The notes: a model not told the origin generated them from the sequence alone. A stretch of 64,000 bases of DNA from Verrucomicrobiia bacterium (GCA_963664225.1 OY760937.1:3424001-3488000), one strand, 5' to 3'. Shown: positions 10,701 to 20,604, counted from the first letter of the stretch. A program made the numbers and translations.

Positions 10701-12513
10701 TGAGAATGTCTTCGAGGAAAAGCCAGGTCACCGTGGTGATGTTCTGCCGCACCGTGTTGGGATCCACCACGCACGCGCGCAGTGTTGTGGTTCGCGTAAC
10801 GGTGAACGGGCTTGTAAAACGCTGGGAGTTGGTGCCGGGCGTGCTGCCGTCGAGTGTGTAGCGAATTGTCGCATTTGTATCAGGGCAGACGAGTGCAACG
10901 GTGAAGGCGCTGGTCTTGTAGCCCCGAGGCTCGCTGACGGCGACGACCGGCGTCGGCGCAGTGTAGGCAGTGGCGTTGGCAACGCCGGGGGTCGGCTTTT
11001 TGAAATAGGCCTGGAAACTCTCGCCGCTGCGCCAGGCGAGTCGGGGTGCGATGATAAACTCCGACTGCGCGGCGGAATCGTTCAGCGCGGTAATCGCGAG
11101 CGTGTTCGTGCCCACCGTGAACAGCGATGCAGGAACCGAAAACGACAGCCACTGCACCGCCTCTTCCAGCGACCGGGCCGATGTGGCGGCGCTGTTCCAG
11201 GCCAGCGACGCGGGAGTATTCAGCGCCGCAATGGGCGTCCCATTCAGGGTGGCGTTGAAACCGTCCGCGCAACGCACCGATAGCGTGAAGGTGTCCTCCG
11301 CGGCAGGCGCAACCTTGAGGTTGAAATTCCACTCCGCGTCCAGGCGCGAGTTCACATTCTTCATGGCTGTGGCCACGTCCGTCTCCACCAGCGAGCCGAT
11401 CGCGCCCGCGTGAAGTATGCTCCCGGCGGGATCGCCCGTCAGGCGGAAGACACCGGGAGAAAAGAACTCCTGATAATCCTGCGCCGCGGAAAACTCAACA
11501 CCCGCCCCGCCTCCATTTTCGTAATAGATCAGGCGCAGGTCGTAGATGCCCGCCACGGGAAAATTGAATGTGGCCAGCGTGGTATCGAAGCCGCGCCCGG
11601 TCGTGTATTCAGAAACGAACTCTTCGCCGTGTCCGGAAATACGCAGGCGGAAACCGTCGTCGCTGCCCACCGCAAACGTCCACAACCCCGGGGCGGGAAC
11701 GCTGATGGACCCTTCGGCCACAACAACGAAATTGTCCTTGTCCTGCCCTGGGAAAATGTGACCTGGAAAAAGCTGATCGTTCGTGAAGCTGCCGGAACTC
11801 GAGTTGGCGTAGAAATCGATGATGTCGTATTGCCCCACGATGGGGTAAGCCTGATCGGTTTTCCAATACCCTTTGTCGGCAACCATCGTCTCGGCGGTGT
11901 CCACGTTGTCGATGGAGCTGTTCATCTCATAATAACGCACAGTGAAGGTCCCATTCGTGCCGCTGAACCCCAACGCCCCGGTCGCGGACGCCCACGGCGC
12001 GGTGCCGTCCGCATTTGGAATTCGGTAGCGCAAAGCAGCGCCCGCCCCCACAAGCTCAAGCTCGCGGGGAGTTCCGCGGCCATAGGAAATATCCGTCATT
12101 TGCGGCGGATACTTGGGCGCGAACGCGTCCTCAACAGTCACACCATCAGGGCGGACCAGCGCGAGATACTCGCCGCCTGTCGAGAGACTGAAATTGGCGT
12201 GCAATTCGCCGTTCGTGATGGAAAGCGCGGAACCGTCCGCAAAAACGACGCGATAACCATGGGCCGCTATCGTGGTGCCGTCCGGGATGCGCCATTTGGC
12301 TGGCATGGAAACCAGGTCGGTCAGATACCAGCCACTTAAATCCACGGCTTGCGGGCCGTTGTTGACCAACTCGATCCAGTCCGCCGGAACGCCCGCTTTA
12401 GTGCGCAAGCCCCCCTTGTTGTCCGCAACGAACTCGCTGATCCGAACCTCGGCAACCGCGCCCTGCACGATGCACAGGGCCAGCCAGAAAATGGCAAAAA
12501 CGGCCCATCTCAT
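7735..12513 (-). CDS. Large secreted protein: lamin-tail (LTD), PA14-like, chitobiase/FN3-associated and CotH kinase domains
   Basis: VRISEFVADN..DWIEL, GSDDGFRL, IRYTLDGSTP, GLRIRG..SR..PKHSFRL, YHLYINGQYWGL..ER, AESARWG; alternative starts up to 12600. Confidence 0.85.
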   Translation of the reverse strand: MRWAVFAIFWLALCIVQGAVAEVRISEFVADNKGGLRTKAGVPADWIELVNNGPQAVDLSGWYLTDLVSMPAKWRIPDGTTIAAHGYRVVFADGSALSITNGELHANFSLSTGGEYLALVRPDGVTVEDAFAPKYPPQMTDISYGRGTPRELELVGAGAALRYRIPNADGTAPWASATGALGFSGTNGTFTVRYYEMNSSIDNVDTAETMVADKGYWKTDQAYPIVGQYDIIDFYANSSSGSFTNDQLFPGHIFPGQDKDNFVVVAEGSISVPAPGLWTFAVGSDDGFRLRISGHGEEFVSEYTTGRGFDTTLATFNFPVAGIYDLRLIYYENGGGAGVEFSAAQDYQEFFSPGVFRLTGDPAGSILHAGAIGSLVETDVATAMKNVNSRLDAEWNFNLKVAPAAEDTFTLSVRCADGFNATLNGTPIAALNTPASLAWNSAATSARSLEEAVQWLSFSVPASLFTVGTNTLAITALNDSAAQSEFIIAPRLAWRSGESFQAYFKKPTPGVANATAYTAPTPVVAVSEPRGYKTSAFTVALVCPDTNATIRYTLDGSTPGTNSQRFTSPFTVTRTTTLRACVVDPNTVRQNITTVTWLFLEDILKQASTAPPGWPANGQVNNHVMEYGMRQEIVTGDADRLRNGMTNAIPSISLVTDLGNLVNPQRGIYVNPNNDGIAWERPVSVELIDPVKGSGSEFHIDAGLRIRGAYSRSSANPKHSFRLFFRSDYGDGKLRFPLFGDEGASEFDKVDLRTSQNYSWAYENSPKDTFVRETFSRDSQRDMGMPYTRSRYYHLYINGQYWGLFQTQERGDADYAQTYMGGNNDEWDCIKTSQPGYTTTASDGTFDAFYALHDIAINQGFSGAYSNNYQRVKGLNPDGTPNPAYPVYLDEDNLILYMLTALYTGDPDSPVSIWGGMPNNMFALFHRTAPDGFKWLRHDAEHSLGANDSFPVTCDTTTGGAGLTTQSSFNPATLHQRLCQNPQYRLRFADLVQKQLYGDGALTPANAQKRFRSRMNEIDLAIIAESARWGRGKTRDANWIPACNAVVNNYLSLRRDIIIGHFRTRGWFPSIDAPDYSVMNREVPSGHLLHLSGAGIFYYTTDGSDPRLPDGSINPSAIKAAYGSGNTGTRTLVARGADWRYFDSGSEPPASGKLTWRSHGFPDDTWSHGPAILGFAGSATVNPVATTTRRYVNGTTAPQVTTTYLRHTFTLNSTNDIPNLLAEILRDDGAVVYLNGVEVTELRENMNPGTPTYDTYSAGVAGSPDQNTYFARTVNATQMLRVGTNTLAVELHQGNAGSSDLYFDFSLTIPASQGRIGADITVTNNCTVKARSYNGAVWSALSENALTVQRAPMDYAALRVSELMYAPPAPDAGSPYIDDDFGWLELRNNGTNALNLDGVSFVSGITHTFTNVVLAAGARMALVANLEAFATRYATNSINVMVWTSGKLSRGGEALSIIDPKGSNILTFTYSKLWYPGTFNTGSSLVAVDLAAPEPIWSTADNWRPGRVTSGTPGLPEPPAFTNPRVTAEGLLIADEAGLEGTVELWFSEDLKNWTLCDAAAWSQTNGQFSINMKHASLPASGRCYFKLRVSN

Positions 12514-12639
12514 CCGTCCAGGCCTGGCGGATCGAGAAACAAAAACCATCAGGAATTGCATCGTGGTCATCGCACTGAACATTGCGCAACCCCTCCGCAA
12601 TTGTCACTCGATTTCACCTCATACCGGTCATGTTCCGCA

Positions 12640-12699
12640 CAGAACAATATTCTTCAGGAAATGGAAAAAGGCCTTAAAACGCCATAAAAGCATATAGGG
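12640..12699. repeat. 60-bp AT-rich dispersed repeat, copy 1 (copy 2 at 43542-43601)
   Basis: 57/60 identity by direct alignment. Confidence 0.9.
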
Positions 12700-12837
12700 C
12701 GTATGATCGCAGCCAGCCCATGGAATTGAGCACGCGGCCTTGCACCGGTTTTCTCCCTCTTCTCCATGCCAATGAAGGATGAAGGTTGGAGAGGGATCCT
12801 TCCCTGACGTTGTCTGCCATTCCCGGGCGCATTCTGG

Positions 12838-13255
12838 TGGTAGGGCGCGCAGTCCTCTGCGCGCCGCACTTCAACCCCACGCATTCAATAATTCCTTGCG
12901 CGGTCAAATTATTCCTATCTCACTACTCAACCCGGAACGGGTTGAATCAATCAGCCCCGGGTCGCGAGGCACGAGCCACCCGGGGTTCCCGTCCTCAGAA
13001 TTCGCCTACGCTGTAAGCGTTGCATCAAATTCAAACGATGCCCTCCAATCCCCAGCGCCAACGGCGCGACTCCATATCAGCCTGGGCTGGAGCGAGTCCG
13101 CGAGCGGAGGCCCAGGTAAACCGTCCCCAACATCACCAAAAGCCCTGTAGGGGCGTCCCATGCGGTTGCGCACTGGATCGGCAACAAATAGAGCCCGTTT
13201 CCACCCGTATCACGGACATCCTCGTCTGCGGGCTCATCGGGCGTCCCCGCCCGGC
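12838..13255. repeat. Cluster of several REP-like palindromes
   Basis: GTAGGGCGCGCAGTCCTCTGCGCGCCG (also near 51210 and 51322), the 12929-13027 element, and GTATCACGGACATCCTCGTCTGCG. Confidence 0.65.
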
Positions 13256-13656
13256 GAACCGCAATCAGTCTTCCGATGTTTCAAGGCGCGCTCATTCAGG
13301 GGAATCGAAAACTCGGATGTCTTGCACGAAGGGGGGATGGACTGGTTGTGCTCAGAGTATTCAGGATTCAGGAACCAGTTTATGAAACCTAATCAAACGG
13401 AACCGCACCATTCTATGGGCTAACCCCTTTTAAGGTATCGTTTCTTACCAAGCTGTTGTTTACGAAATCAATCCTTCGGGCAACTGAATCACAGGCTTTT
13501 TTTCTTCTGTTTCTCAAGCTCGGCCTTCCGTGTCATTGGGAGTCATCAAATCTTTCTCGCAACTCTATGTTTGGCCTGACCTCTTGTATCGCCTTTAGAA
13601 TCCTTCTATAATGAGGTTGCCCCGATTTGACGGACACAGGAGCGGAGCGAAACTTA

Positions 13657-14010
13657 ATGAAAAACCGTATGAAGCAATCTGTGATTCCCGATTCCAAGAC
13701 TCATCCGAAGTATGATTCTGCATTTAAGCAGGAAGCCGTGAACCTCTGGAAATCCAGCGGGAAATCGGCAGCCACGGTGGCGGCTGAGTTGGGGATAAAA
13801 ATGGAGCGGCTCTATGCCTGGCGCGCAAAATATGTGCCGCTGCCAACAGGGGAAGGAGCCGAAACAAAGACCCGTGAGCAGTTGCTGGCCGACAATGCCG
13901 CTTTGTTGCGCGAACTGGACTATGTGCGCCAGCAGCGGGAGATTCTAAAAAAAACGTTGGGAATTCTTTCGGACCCCCAGAGCAACGCTATCAACGGGTT
14001 GAAGCGATGA
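13657..14010 (+). CDS. IS3 transposase OrfA (HTH)
   Basis: KYDSAFKQEAV...VAAELGI...LYAW...EILKK. Confidence 0.9.
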   Translation: MKNRMKQSVIPDSKTHPKYDSAFKQEAVNLWKSSGKSAATVAAELGIKMERLYAWRAKYVPLPTGEGAETKTREQLLADNAALLRELDYVRQQREILKKTLGILSDPQSNAINGLKR

Positions 14011-14849
14011 AAGTCGATCATCCCATCCGCCTGCTCTGTGAGGCCTTTGATGTGTCTTTTAGCGGCTACTATGATTGGTGCCGACGGCAAATCCAGCCTT
14101 CGTTGCGTGCCCGTCAGGACGCCGTATTGAAAGGGACCATCACAACGATTTTCAATGGCAGCCGCAAAACCTATGGCAGCCCGCGCATCCAGATCGCCTT
14201 GAAGCACCAGGGGCACTGCCATGGTCGCAACCACATCGCCCGTTTAATGCGCCAGGAAGGCCTGCAGGCGCGTTCTAAAAAGCGTTTCAAGGTCCGAACC
14301 ACCGACAGCAATCATGATCAGCCCATTGCCCCCAACCGGCTGGCTCAAGCCGCGCCACCGGACCAACGCAATCAGACTTGGGTCGGGGACATCACCTACA
14401 TTGCCACCGATGAAGGCTGGCTCTATCTGGCGGGAATTGAAGACCTCTACAGCCGCCGCATCGTGGGTTGGAGCATGAGCGAACATATTGACGCCGAACT
14501 GGTTCTGGCGGCCTGGAACATGGCCTGCATTCAGCGACAACCCGAACCCGGATTGCTCTTTCATTCAGATCGGGGAGTCCAGTATGCCAGTCAGGATTAT
14601 CGCCGGGCGATGGAAACCTCCGGTGCCCTGGCGAGCATGAGCCGCAGTGGCAACTGCTATGACAACGCGGCCATGGAATCCTTTTGGAGCACCCTTAAAC
14701 AAGAACTGGTTTATCGCCGGGTCTTTGCGACCCGAGCCCAGGCCCGACAGGCCATCTTTGATTACATCGAGACCTTCTATAATCGACAGCGTTTACACAG
14801 CACACTCAATTACATGTCTCCTGTTGACTTTGAAAATATATCCAAATAA
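14007..14849 (+). CDS. IS3 transposase OrfB (DDE integrase core)
   Basis: YGSPRI, WVGDITYI, HSDRGVQY, GNCYDNAAMESFW; lies in the -1 frame of OrfA. Confidence 0.95.
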   Translation: MKVDHPIRLLCEAFDVSFSGYYDWCRRQIQPSLRARQDAVLKGTITTIFNGSRKTYGSPRIQIALKHQGHCHGRNHIARLMRQEGLQARSKKRFKVRTTDSNHDQPIAPNRLAQAAPPDQRNQTWVGDITYIATDEGWLYLAGIEDLYSRRIVGWSMSEHIDAELVLAAWNMACIQRQPEPGLLFHSDRGVQYASQDYRRAMETSGALASMSRSGNCYDNAAMESFWSTLKQELVYRRVFATRAQARQAIFDYIETFYNRQRLHSTLNYMSPVDFENISK

Positions 14850-15816
14850 CCTATATGTGTCTTCTGTGTCCGATTTATCGAAGCAAGCCCAATAATGAAT
14901 GCCGGGCCTCAGGACGTCTGGAATCCGGTGCCGTTTCCCACCAATGTCCACGAGAAACGCATTGGCATAATCATAGTCTCGCCAATGCTTTCCCTCCCAT
15001 CGCATTCTGTGAAAAACAAGTTCCAACATTTGGACTGAATGCAAAGGTATGCTTCCAGTCCGTTTTTTCTCAGTGTTCTTGGTTATAACCTCCCACCTAA
15101 GTATTCCCTCGTCCACGCTTAAGGTTGCGGATTGACCACGATAGATTGAGCGGACCACCACACATCCCAGAAAAAGCCAGACCGCACTTGCCACACACGC
15201 AATAGTCAGCAGTACAGGGTCTTGCTTTTTAATGGCGCACAAAAGACAAAATCCCGAAAGAGATATCGCAAGCAGAATGGCAAGCACCCCGCTAAACATA
15301 CTCTCTTTAACGTGCACAATAGTTTTCAAGTAGTTCAGAGTATCTGTTTCCTAATTTGTAAACGGGCCACCCATAGTATCGTTCACATTTCATAATCTGA
15401 GCTATTCCCAAACCAGCCTCCAGACCTGCACCCACCCGAACCGGTCAAGCCCAACCGATCTGATTTGGCGCATGAATTAATCGTTCCCATGGCAATCACA
15501 TCGTTGACAACAAACGCAACCTGCTCCCCATTAATCGCCTTGGCAACAGGTAATTCTCCGCCCTCATGTCCATCAAAGTAACAATTTCTTTCCGTTCTAT
15601 GCGTTTGTTTCTTTGAGTTCTTTGCGTTCTTTGCGTTCTTTGCGGTTACTCAACTTCCCCTCCCCCTTTTTCTCCTATTTGGCTTATTTCGTGGTTAAAT
15701 CTCTCATTGCGGAAGAACTTTGTCATGCGCCCGGTGATGTTGAGCGCAGGAAGCTCCGACAGAGCGGCAGCTCATGCCGCCCCGTCGGAAAGGAAGAATG
15801 GTTGATTCGCCCGCGC

Positions 15817-16512
15817 TTATTTCAGCGGCGTGAGACTCACCTTGCGGAAATGCACCTCGCCGCCTTCGGATTGCAGCCCGACGGGTCCTTTACAGACCTC
15901 GATCCCGGTGGCTTCATTGATTTTCTCGCCGTTCATCCAGACGGTGTAGCGGTCGTCCTGGGCCTGGACCTCCACATGATTCCACTCCCCGGCAGGCTTT
16001 TCCTTGTCCATCATCTTTCTCACCCCGGTGATATCCCCGCCGAGCGCGTGCTTGCTGACAAAAAAGGAACGCGGCTGATTGGTGGACATGTTCATATATT
16101 GCAAGGTCAGAATATCCCCCGCGCTGCCATGCTGCAACTGGGTCTCCGAACAGGCAGGCAGGGCCATCAGCGGCTCATGAATGCGCGAAAAAATCCCGCT
16201 GTTGCCCGGCTTGGCACCCGGCGCCCAGCGATATTCCACCACCAGCCGGAAGTTCTTCACCTTTGGGCCGGTCGAAATAAAGCCCACCGGCGAACCTTTG
16301 CAGATGATCATCCCGTCCCTGACCGACCACACATCCGCTTTCTGGACCTTCGGATCCAGCAAAACATAATTCCAGGCATCGATATCCTTGCCATTGAATA
16401 AGCTGATCGCTCCGGCGGTCCCGCTCTTCTGACTCTTGCAGCAGCAGCAGCAGCCGGTGACGAAGCTAAGAGCCACCAGGCTCAACGCTGTTAATACAGG
16501 TTTGATTTTCAT
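15817..16512 (-). CDS. DUF1080 (3-keto-disaccharide hydrolase family) lipoprotein
   Basis: SLFNGKD..W, WSVRDG, NFRLVVEYRW, NSGIF, GEWNHVEV, GPVGLQSEG..VHFR. Confidence 0.88.
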   Translation of the reverse strand: MKIKPVLTALSLVALSFVTGCCCCCKSQKSGTAGAISLFNGKDIDAWNYVLLDPKVQKADVWSVRDGMIICKGSPVGFISTGPKVKNFRLVVEYRWAPGAKPGNSGIFSRIHEPLMALPACSETQLQHGSAGDILTLQYMNMSTNQPRSFFVSKHALGGDITGVRKMMDKEKPAGEWNHVEVQAQDDRYTVWMNGEKINEATGIEVCKGPVGLQSEGGEVHFRKVSLTPLK

Positions 16513-16799
16513 GATGTATTGCAGTCTAATCCAAATTCCAGTTCGACAACAAGGAACCTTTTTTCGACTTCAATGGTTCGGGTTTTCCCGACACAGGCTT
16601 TTTCCATGGCTATATCCTTGCGCCAATCCCTGGGACATCCCACCTGGGCGGCTCGCGCTCGTCCCGTCCCAACTCCACTCCCAATTTGCTTAATTCCATA
16701 ACCCATGTGAATGTAGGGCGGAGGCAGATCCGTCGGCGACATGAGTCCAGGCGATACCCGTTAAGGAGAACAGCAACACATCACACCTTTGAGGATCCT

Positions 16800-17249
16800 A
16801 TGAAACTCATTCTTAAATATCTGCTGGCCGCGTCTTTGCTCGTTGGCGCTCCAGCCCTTTCCGCGGCGGACTCCACAACAAAAGCTCAAGACAAGGCAGC
16901 GGGCGCGACCAAACCGGCCACTGAGAAAAGCACAGTCAAACGCGATTGGTATCCCTTCGCCGGCATCGTCGGTTCGGTGGACAGGCAGGCGAATACCGTC
17001 TCGCTGAGTAAAAAGAGTGGGGTGCGCGTTCTTAAACTCGGCTCCAAATCGACGCTCGAAATCAATGGCAAACCCGCCACCTTGGGAAGCGTGAAAGTCG
17101 GCGACTACGCCCATGGAAAACTGCACAAGGATGCTGCGGGAAACGAGGTGATTACAAACGCCAGATTCGACAAGGAATCCCCAAAGAAAGAAAAGGGAGA
17201 CTCCGCCAGGGATCCCTCAACCACGCCCGCTTCCAAGTCGGCGAAATAG
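16800..17249 (+). CDS. Small secreted basic protein, hypothetical (OB-fold-like beta pattern)
   Basis: GAGGA RBS, signal peptide, G.VGSVD...LGSVKVGD. Confidence 0.7.
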   Translation: MKLILKYLLAASLLVGAPALSAADSTTKAQDKAAGATKPATEKSTVKRDWYPFAGIVGSVDRQANTVSLSKKSGVRVLKLGSKSTLEINGKPATLGSVKVGDYAHGKLHKDAAGNEVITNARFDKESPKKEKGDSARDPSTTPASKSAK

Positions 17250-17309
17250 ACTCCCCGGCACAAATCAATCCTTCGCAATGAAACCTGAAACATGAATCGA
17301 GGAGAGAGT

Positions 17310-18812
17310 ATGAACGAAATGATCGAGCAGTTGAAACAACAGTTTGCCTCCTTCGGTCCCAATTTGTTGGCGGGCCTCGCCATCCTCATATTGGGCTGGT
17401 TGGTGGCGGTTTTTGCAGCCTCCCTGGTGCGCAAACTCCTGGGCAGGACTTCGGTGGACAACAAGATTGCCCAGTGGATGAGCGGCCCTGGCAGCCAGTC
17501 CGCGATTCCGATCGAGCAATGGGTGGCCAAGGCGGTGTTCTATTTGATCATGCTCATAGTGCTGATCGCGTTCTTCGCCACCATCAAACTCACCATGGTG
17601 ACCGATCCGCTCAACGCCCTGGTTCAGCCCATTCTCTCCTATCTGCCCCGGCTTGTCGGCGCGGCCATCCTGCTGCTGGTCGCCTGGGTGCTCGCCACCG
17701 TGTTGAAGAAAGTCACGGCCGGGGCCTTAAAAGCGGCCAGGATCGACGAAAAACTGGGCGGCGCAACCGGCGCGGGCGAAAAGGCCGCCCCCATGAGCGA
17801 CACCTTCGCCGATGTCGTTTACTGGCTCGTCTTCCTGATCTTCCTGCCGCTCATCCTTCAATCGCTCAACTTGCAGGCGCTTTTGGAACCGGTCACCGCG
17901 CTGTTCAACAAGGTGTTCTCGTTCCTGCCGAACATCATCTCCGCCGCCGCGATCATGGCCATCGGCTGGTTCATGGCGCGGATCGTCCAGCGCGTCGTCC
18001 AGGGCCTGCTCTCCAGCGTCGGGGTGGACCGTCTCAGCGAGAAATGGGGGCTGGCCGCTTCGCTCGGGAAACAGAAACTCTCCGGCGTGCTCGGCCTTGT
18101 GCTTTACTTCGTGATCCTGGTGCCCGTCCTGATCAGCGCCCTCTCGGCGCTCCAATTGGATGCCATCACCAAACCCGCCAGCGATATGCTCGGCAAGATC
18201 ATGAGCGCCCTGCCCAACATCATCGGCGCCGCGATCGTCGTGGGCATCGCCATCGTCATTGGAAAAGTGATCTCCGGCATTGTGGCCAATCTGCTGGCCG
18301 GTGTGGGCTTCAACAACGTGCTGGTCATGTTGGGATTGTCCAAAGAGCCGCCGCAGGGCCGGCAGACACCGGCAGCCGTCGCCGGTCTTCTGGTCATGGT
18401 CCTCATAGTCCTGCTCGCCACAGTCACCGCCACCGATATGCTGGGTTTTCCCTCCGTGGGAGTGCTGGTCCAGGACTTCATCAAGTTTGCCAGCCACATT
18501 CTCATGGGCGCCGCAATTTTCGCGCTCGGCCTTTTGCTGGCTCAGATCATTGCCAGAGGCATCCGATCAGGCGATTCGCCCAATGCCTCCCGTCTGGCCA
18601 TGGTCGCGCGCGTCGTCATTCTGGCCCTGGCTGGAGCCATGGCCCTGCGCCAGACCGGCCTCGCCGACGACATCGTCAACCTTGCCTTTGGCATCACTCT
18701 GGGCGCCGCAGCCATCGCATTCGCCCTGGCCTTTGGCCTGGGCGGTCGCGATGCCGCCTCGCACACTCTGGAGGAATGGCGCGCCACCCGCGACAAGGAC
18801 TCATCTCAATAA
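17310..18812 (+). CDS. Membrane protein with conserved TM-helix repeats (mechanosensitive channel / CmpX-like)
   Basis: Repeated (Y/F)LP(R/N)(L/I)..A..I...GW; C-terminal ALAFGLGGRD. Confidence 0.85.
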   Translation: MNEMIEQLKQQFASFGPNLLAGLAILILGWLVAVFAASLVRKLLGRTSVDNKIAQWMSGPGSQSAIPIEQWVAKAVFYLIMLIVLIAFFATIKLTMVTDPLNALVQPILSYLPRLVGAAILLLVAWVLATVLKKVTAGALKAARIDEKLGGATGAGEKAAPMSDTFADVVYWLVFLIFLPLILQSLNLQALLEPVTALFNKVFSFLPNIISAAAIMAIGWFMARIVQRVVQGLLSSVGVDRLSEKWGLAASLGKQKLSGVLGLVLYFVILVPVLISALSALQLDAITKPASDMLGKIMSALPNIIGAAIVVGIAIVIGKVISGIVANLLAGVGFNNVLVMLGLSKEPPQGRQTPAAVAGLLVMVLIVLLATVTATDMLGFPSVGVLVQDFIKFASHILMGAAIFALGLLLAQIIARGIRSGDSPNASRLAMVARVVILALAGAMALRQTGLADDIVNLAFGITLGAAAIAFALAFGLGGRDAASHTLEEWRATRDKDSSQ

Positions 18813-18835
18813 CCCAACCCTGTAAAAGGTCAGGC

Positions 18836-19027
18836 GAGATCGGGAAAACCGCTGACGGGAAATCCACGTTCAATCTCAAGGCCGTCAATCGTCAGATCAT
18901 CGGAAAAAGCGGAATGTATTCCTCGGGAGCGGCGGCTGGGAACGGCATCGAGTCCGTCAGGAAGAACTGCCGCTCCACGGGAATCCAGAATCTGGCTTGG
19001 ACGGGACTCTCAATAAAAGCTCAATAG
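18836..19027 (+). pseudogene. YegP/DUF1508-family fragment without a start codon
   Basis: KTADGKSTFNLKAVNRQIIGKSGMYSSGAAAGNGIESVRKN matches the DUF1508 pattern as recalled. Confidence 0.7.
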
Positions 19028-19812
19028 GAACCGGAAGCAGGCGCATTCGCTCTCCGACGAGCAATGCCTGTGGTTTGGCGCGCGCCGCCGACAACGATGG
19101 CGGATCGGCACCCTGTGCCAGCGCGGTCTTAACACATTTTAAGGGGCGGGAGTATGATGCCCCCACCCCCCGGCCACAAACACCAAACACCCCCAGGGCT
19201 AGGCAGAGGCCTTCGAGCCGTTTGGAATAAGGGCGTCATTTAATACAGCGCAGAGCGCAGAACACTTCAGGCGTGAAGTCTGGCTCCGCTCCTACAGTAT
19301 CGCGGCTATAGCAGCACTGCTTGTGCCATGTTGAGGCCTTGGGCGCTTTCATTGGGCATTTGGCTCGGTTGGTTCCATCTTTGTTCATCCAGTGCTGTCC
19401 CCCCACTATTCACCCATGTGCTTTTCATCAAACGTGTTATGCGTGTTGAGATTCGGTTTTCGGCTCCCATTTGCCAGCGAAACCAAAAATGAACAATTTC
19501 AGATTGATTCACACGCTTGTGTGTGTCTGGCGCACGCGACTGTTAACTCGATCGACACAATCTCGAGCCGCAACGGGACATTCTAATATAGAAATGCATC
19601 GTATTGAGATGCTTATGATGTTTCATTGAGGCGATGAATGTTTTGTTAAATCCCATTACAACTTTCCAATTTAATCGCTGCGAACGCCGGTTGCCTTCCC
19701 GCTTTTCACAAGCAATGACCCTCCTTCTCTCGAATTGTAATTCCTTTTCATGAAACATCCCCTATAAGCTTGCAATTCGCAGCCAATCCTGTCACAAATC
19801 TTTCTCATTACC

Positions 19813-20604
19813 ATGGAAGTTATAATTCGTCCAAATGCCGAATCCGCCGCGATGCTGGTCGCGCACATATTGGCTAAAGATTTGCGGGCAAACCCATCGA
19901 TGGTCATGGGGCTGGCCACCGGCCGCACAATGGAAGCGGTTTACCGTCACCTCGCAGGCATGCACCGCGAGCAGGGGCTGGATTTTTCCCTCAGTCGCAC
20001 TTTCAATCTCGATGAATACGCCGGACTGCCCCCCTCAGATGCCCGTTCGTACCGCTCCACGATGAACATCCACCTATTCAGCCAGGTGAACATCGATTTG
20101 CGCAATACGCGCCTTCTGAACGGCATGGCCGCCGACCTGGATGCCGAGTGCCGCGATTATGAACAGGCCATTGACAAGGCGGGCGGCATCGATTTCCAAC
20201 TCCTGGGCATCGGCCGCGCCGGGCATATCGGGTTCAACGAACCCCTGTCCGCACTCCGCTCCCGCACGCGCGTCAAAGCCCTGGCCCCATTGACCCTCGA
20301 GCAGAATGCCGCCTTTTTCGGAGGCTCCGAACGCGTTCCCCGCCGCGCCCTCACCATGGGTGTGGGCACCATTTTGGACTGCCGCCGCTGTGTGTTGCTG
20401 GCCACCGGACGGGAGAAGGCGGAAATCATCGCCAAAGCCGTCGAAGGTCCCATCACGGCGATGATATCCGCCACCGCTCTGCAACTCCACACCCGATGCA
20501 CCGTCGTCGTGGACGAGGAAGCCGCCGGACGGCTCCAGGGTGCCGATTATTATCGTTGGATTTTTGCCAACGAACCGGAGTGGGCGGATTTTAGAACACT
20601 GTAA
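19813..20604 (+). CDS. nagB: Glucosamine-6-phosphate deaminase
   Basis: GLATGRT, TFNLDEY, LLGIGRAGHIGFNEP, ALTMGVGTI, EGPITAMISATALQLH. Confidence 0.92.
   Translation: MEVIIRPNAESAAMLVAHILAKDLRANPSMVMGLATGRTMEAVYRHLAGMHREQGLDFSLSRTFNLDEYAGLPPSDARSYRSTMNIHLFSQVNIDLRNTRLLNGMAADLDAECRDYEQAIDKAGGIDFQLLGIGRAGHIGFNEPLSALRSRTRVKALAPLTLEQNAAFFGGSERVPRRALTMGVGTILDCRRCVLLATGREKAEIIAKAVEGPITAMISATALQLHTRCTVVVDEEAAGRLQGADYYRWIFANEPEWADFRTL

Larger units (their letters stand above)
13612..14891 (+). mobile_element. IS3-family insertion sequence, complete
   Basis: TG...CA ends; imperfect IRs TGAGGTTGCCCCGATTTGACGGACACAG vs TGGGCTTGCTTCGATAAATCGGACACAG (reverse complement); 4-bp duplication ATAA at 13608-13611 and 14892-14895. 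Confidence 0.95.
13533..15329 (-). pseudogene. Low-GC membrane protein gene split by the IS3 element
   Basis: Removing the IS and one ATAA copy joins ...RPGIHY in frame to RRILKAIQEVRPNIELRERFDDSQ* (stop at 13533-13535). Confidence 0.8.

Noticed and set aside
9955..12339. Long antisense ORFs within the CotH gene (and similar ones opposite most genes)
   Set aside because: Expected in high-GC coding DNA; no motifs
15613..16401. 262-aa plus-strand ORF starting MSSLRSLRSLR
   Set aside because: Begins in a 9-bp simple repeat and is antisense to the DUF1080 gene
17474..19027. 517-aa ORF overlapping the TM-repeat gene
   Set aside because: Arg/His-rich off-frame shadow; only its last ~60 codons (DUF1508 relic) look real
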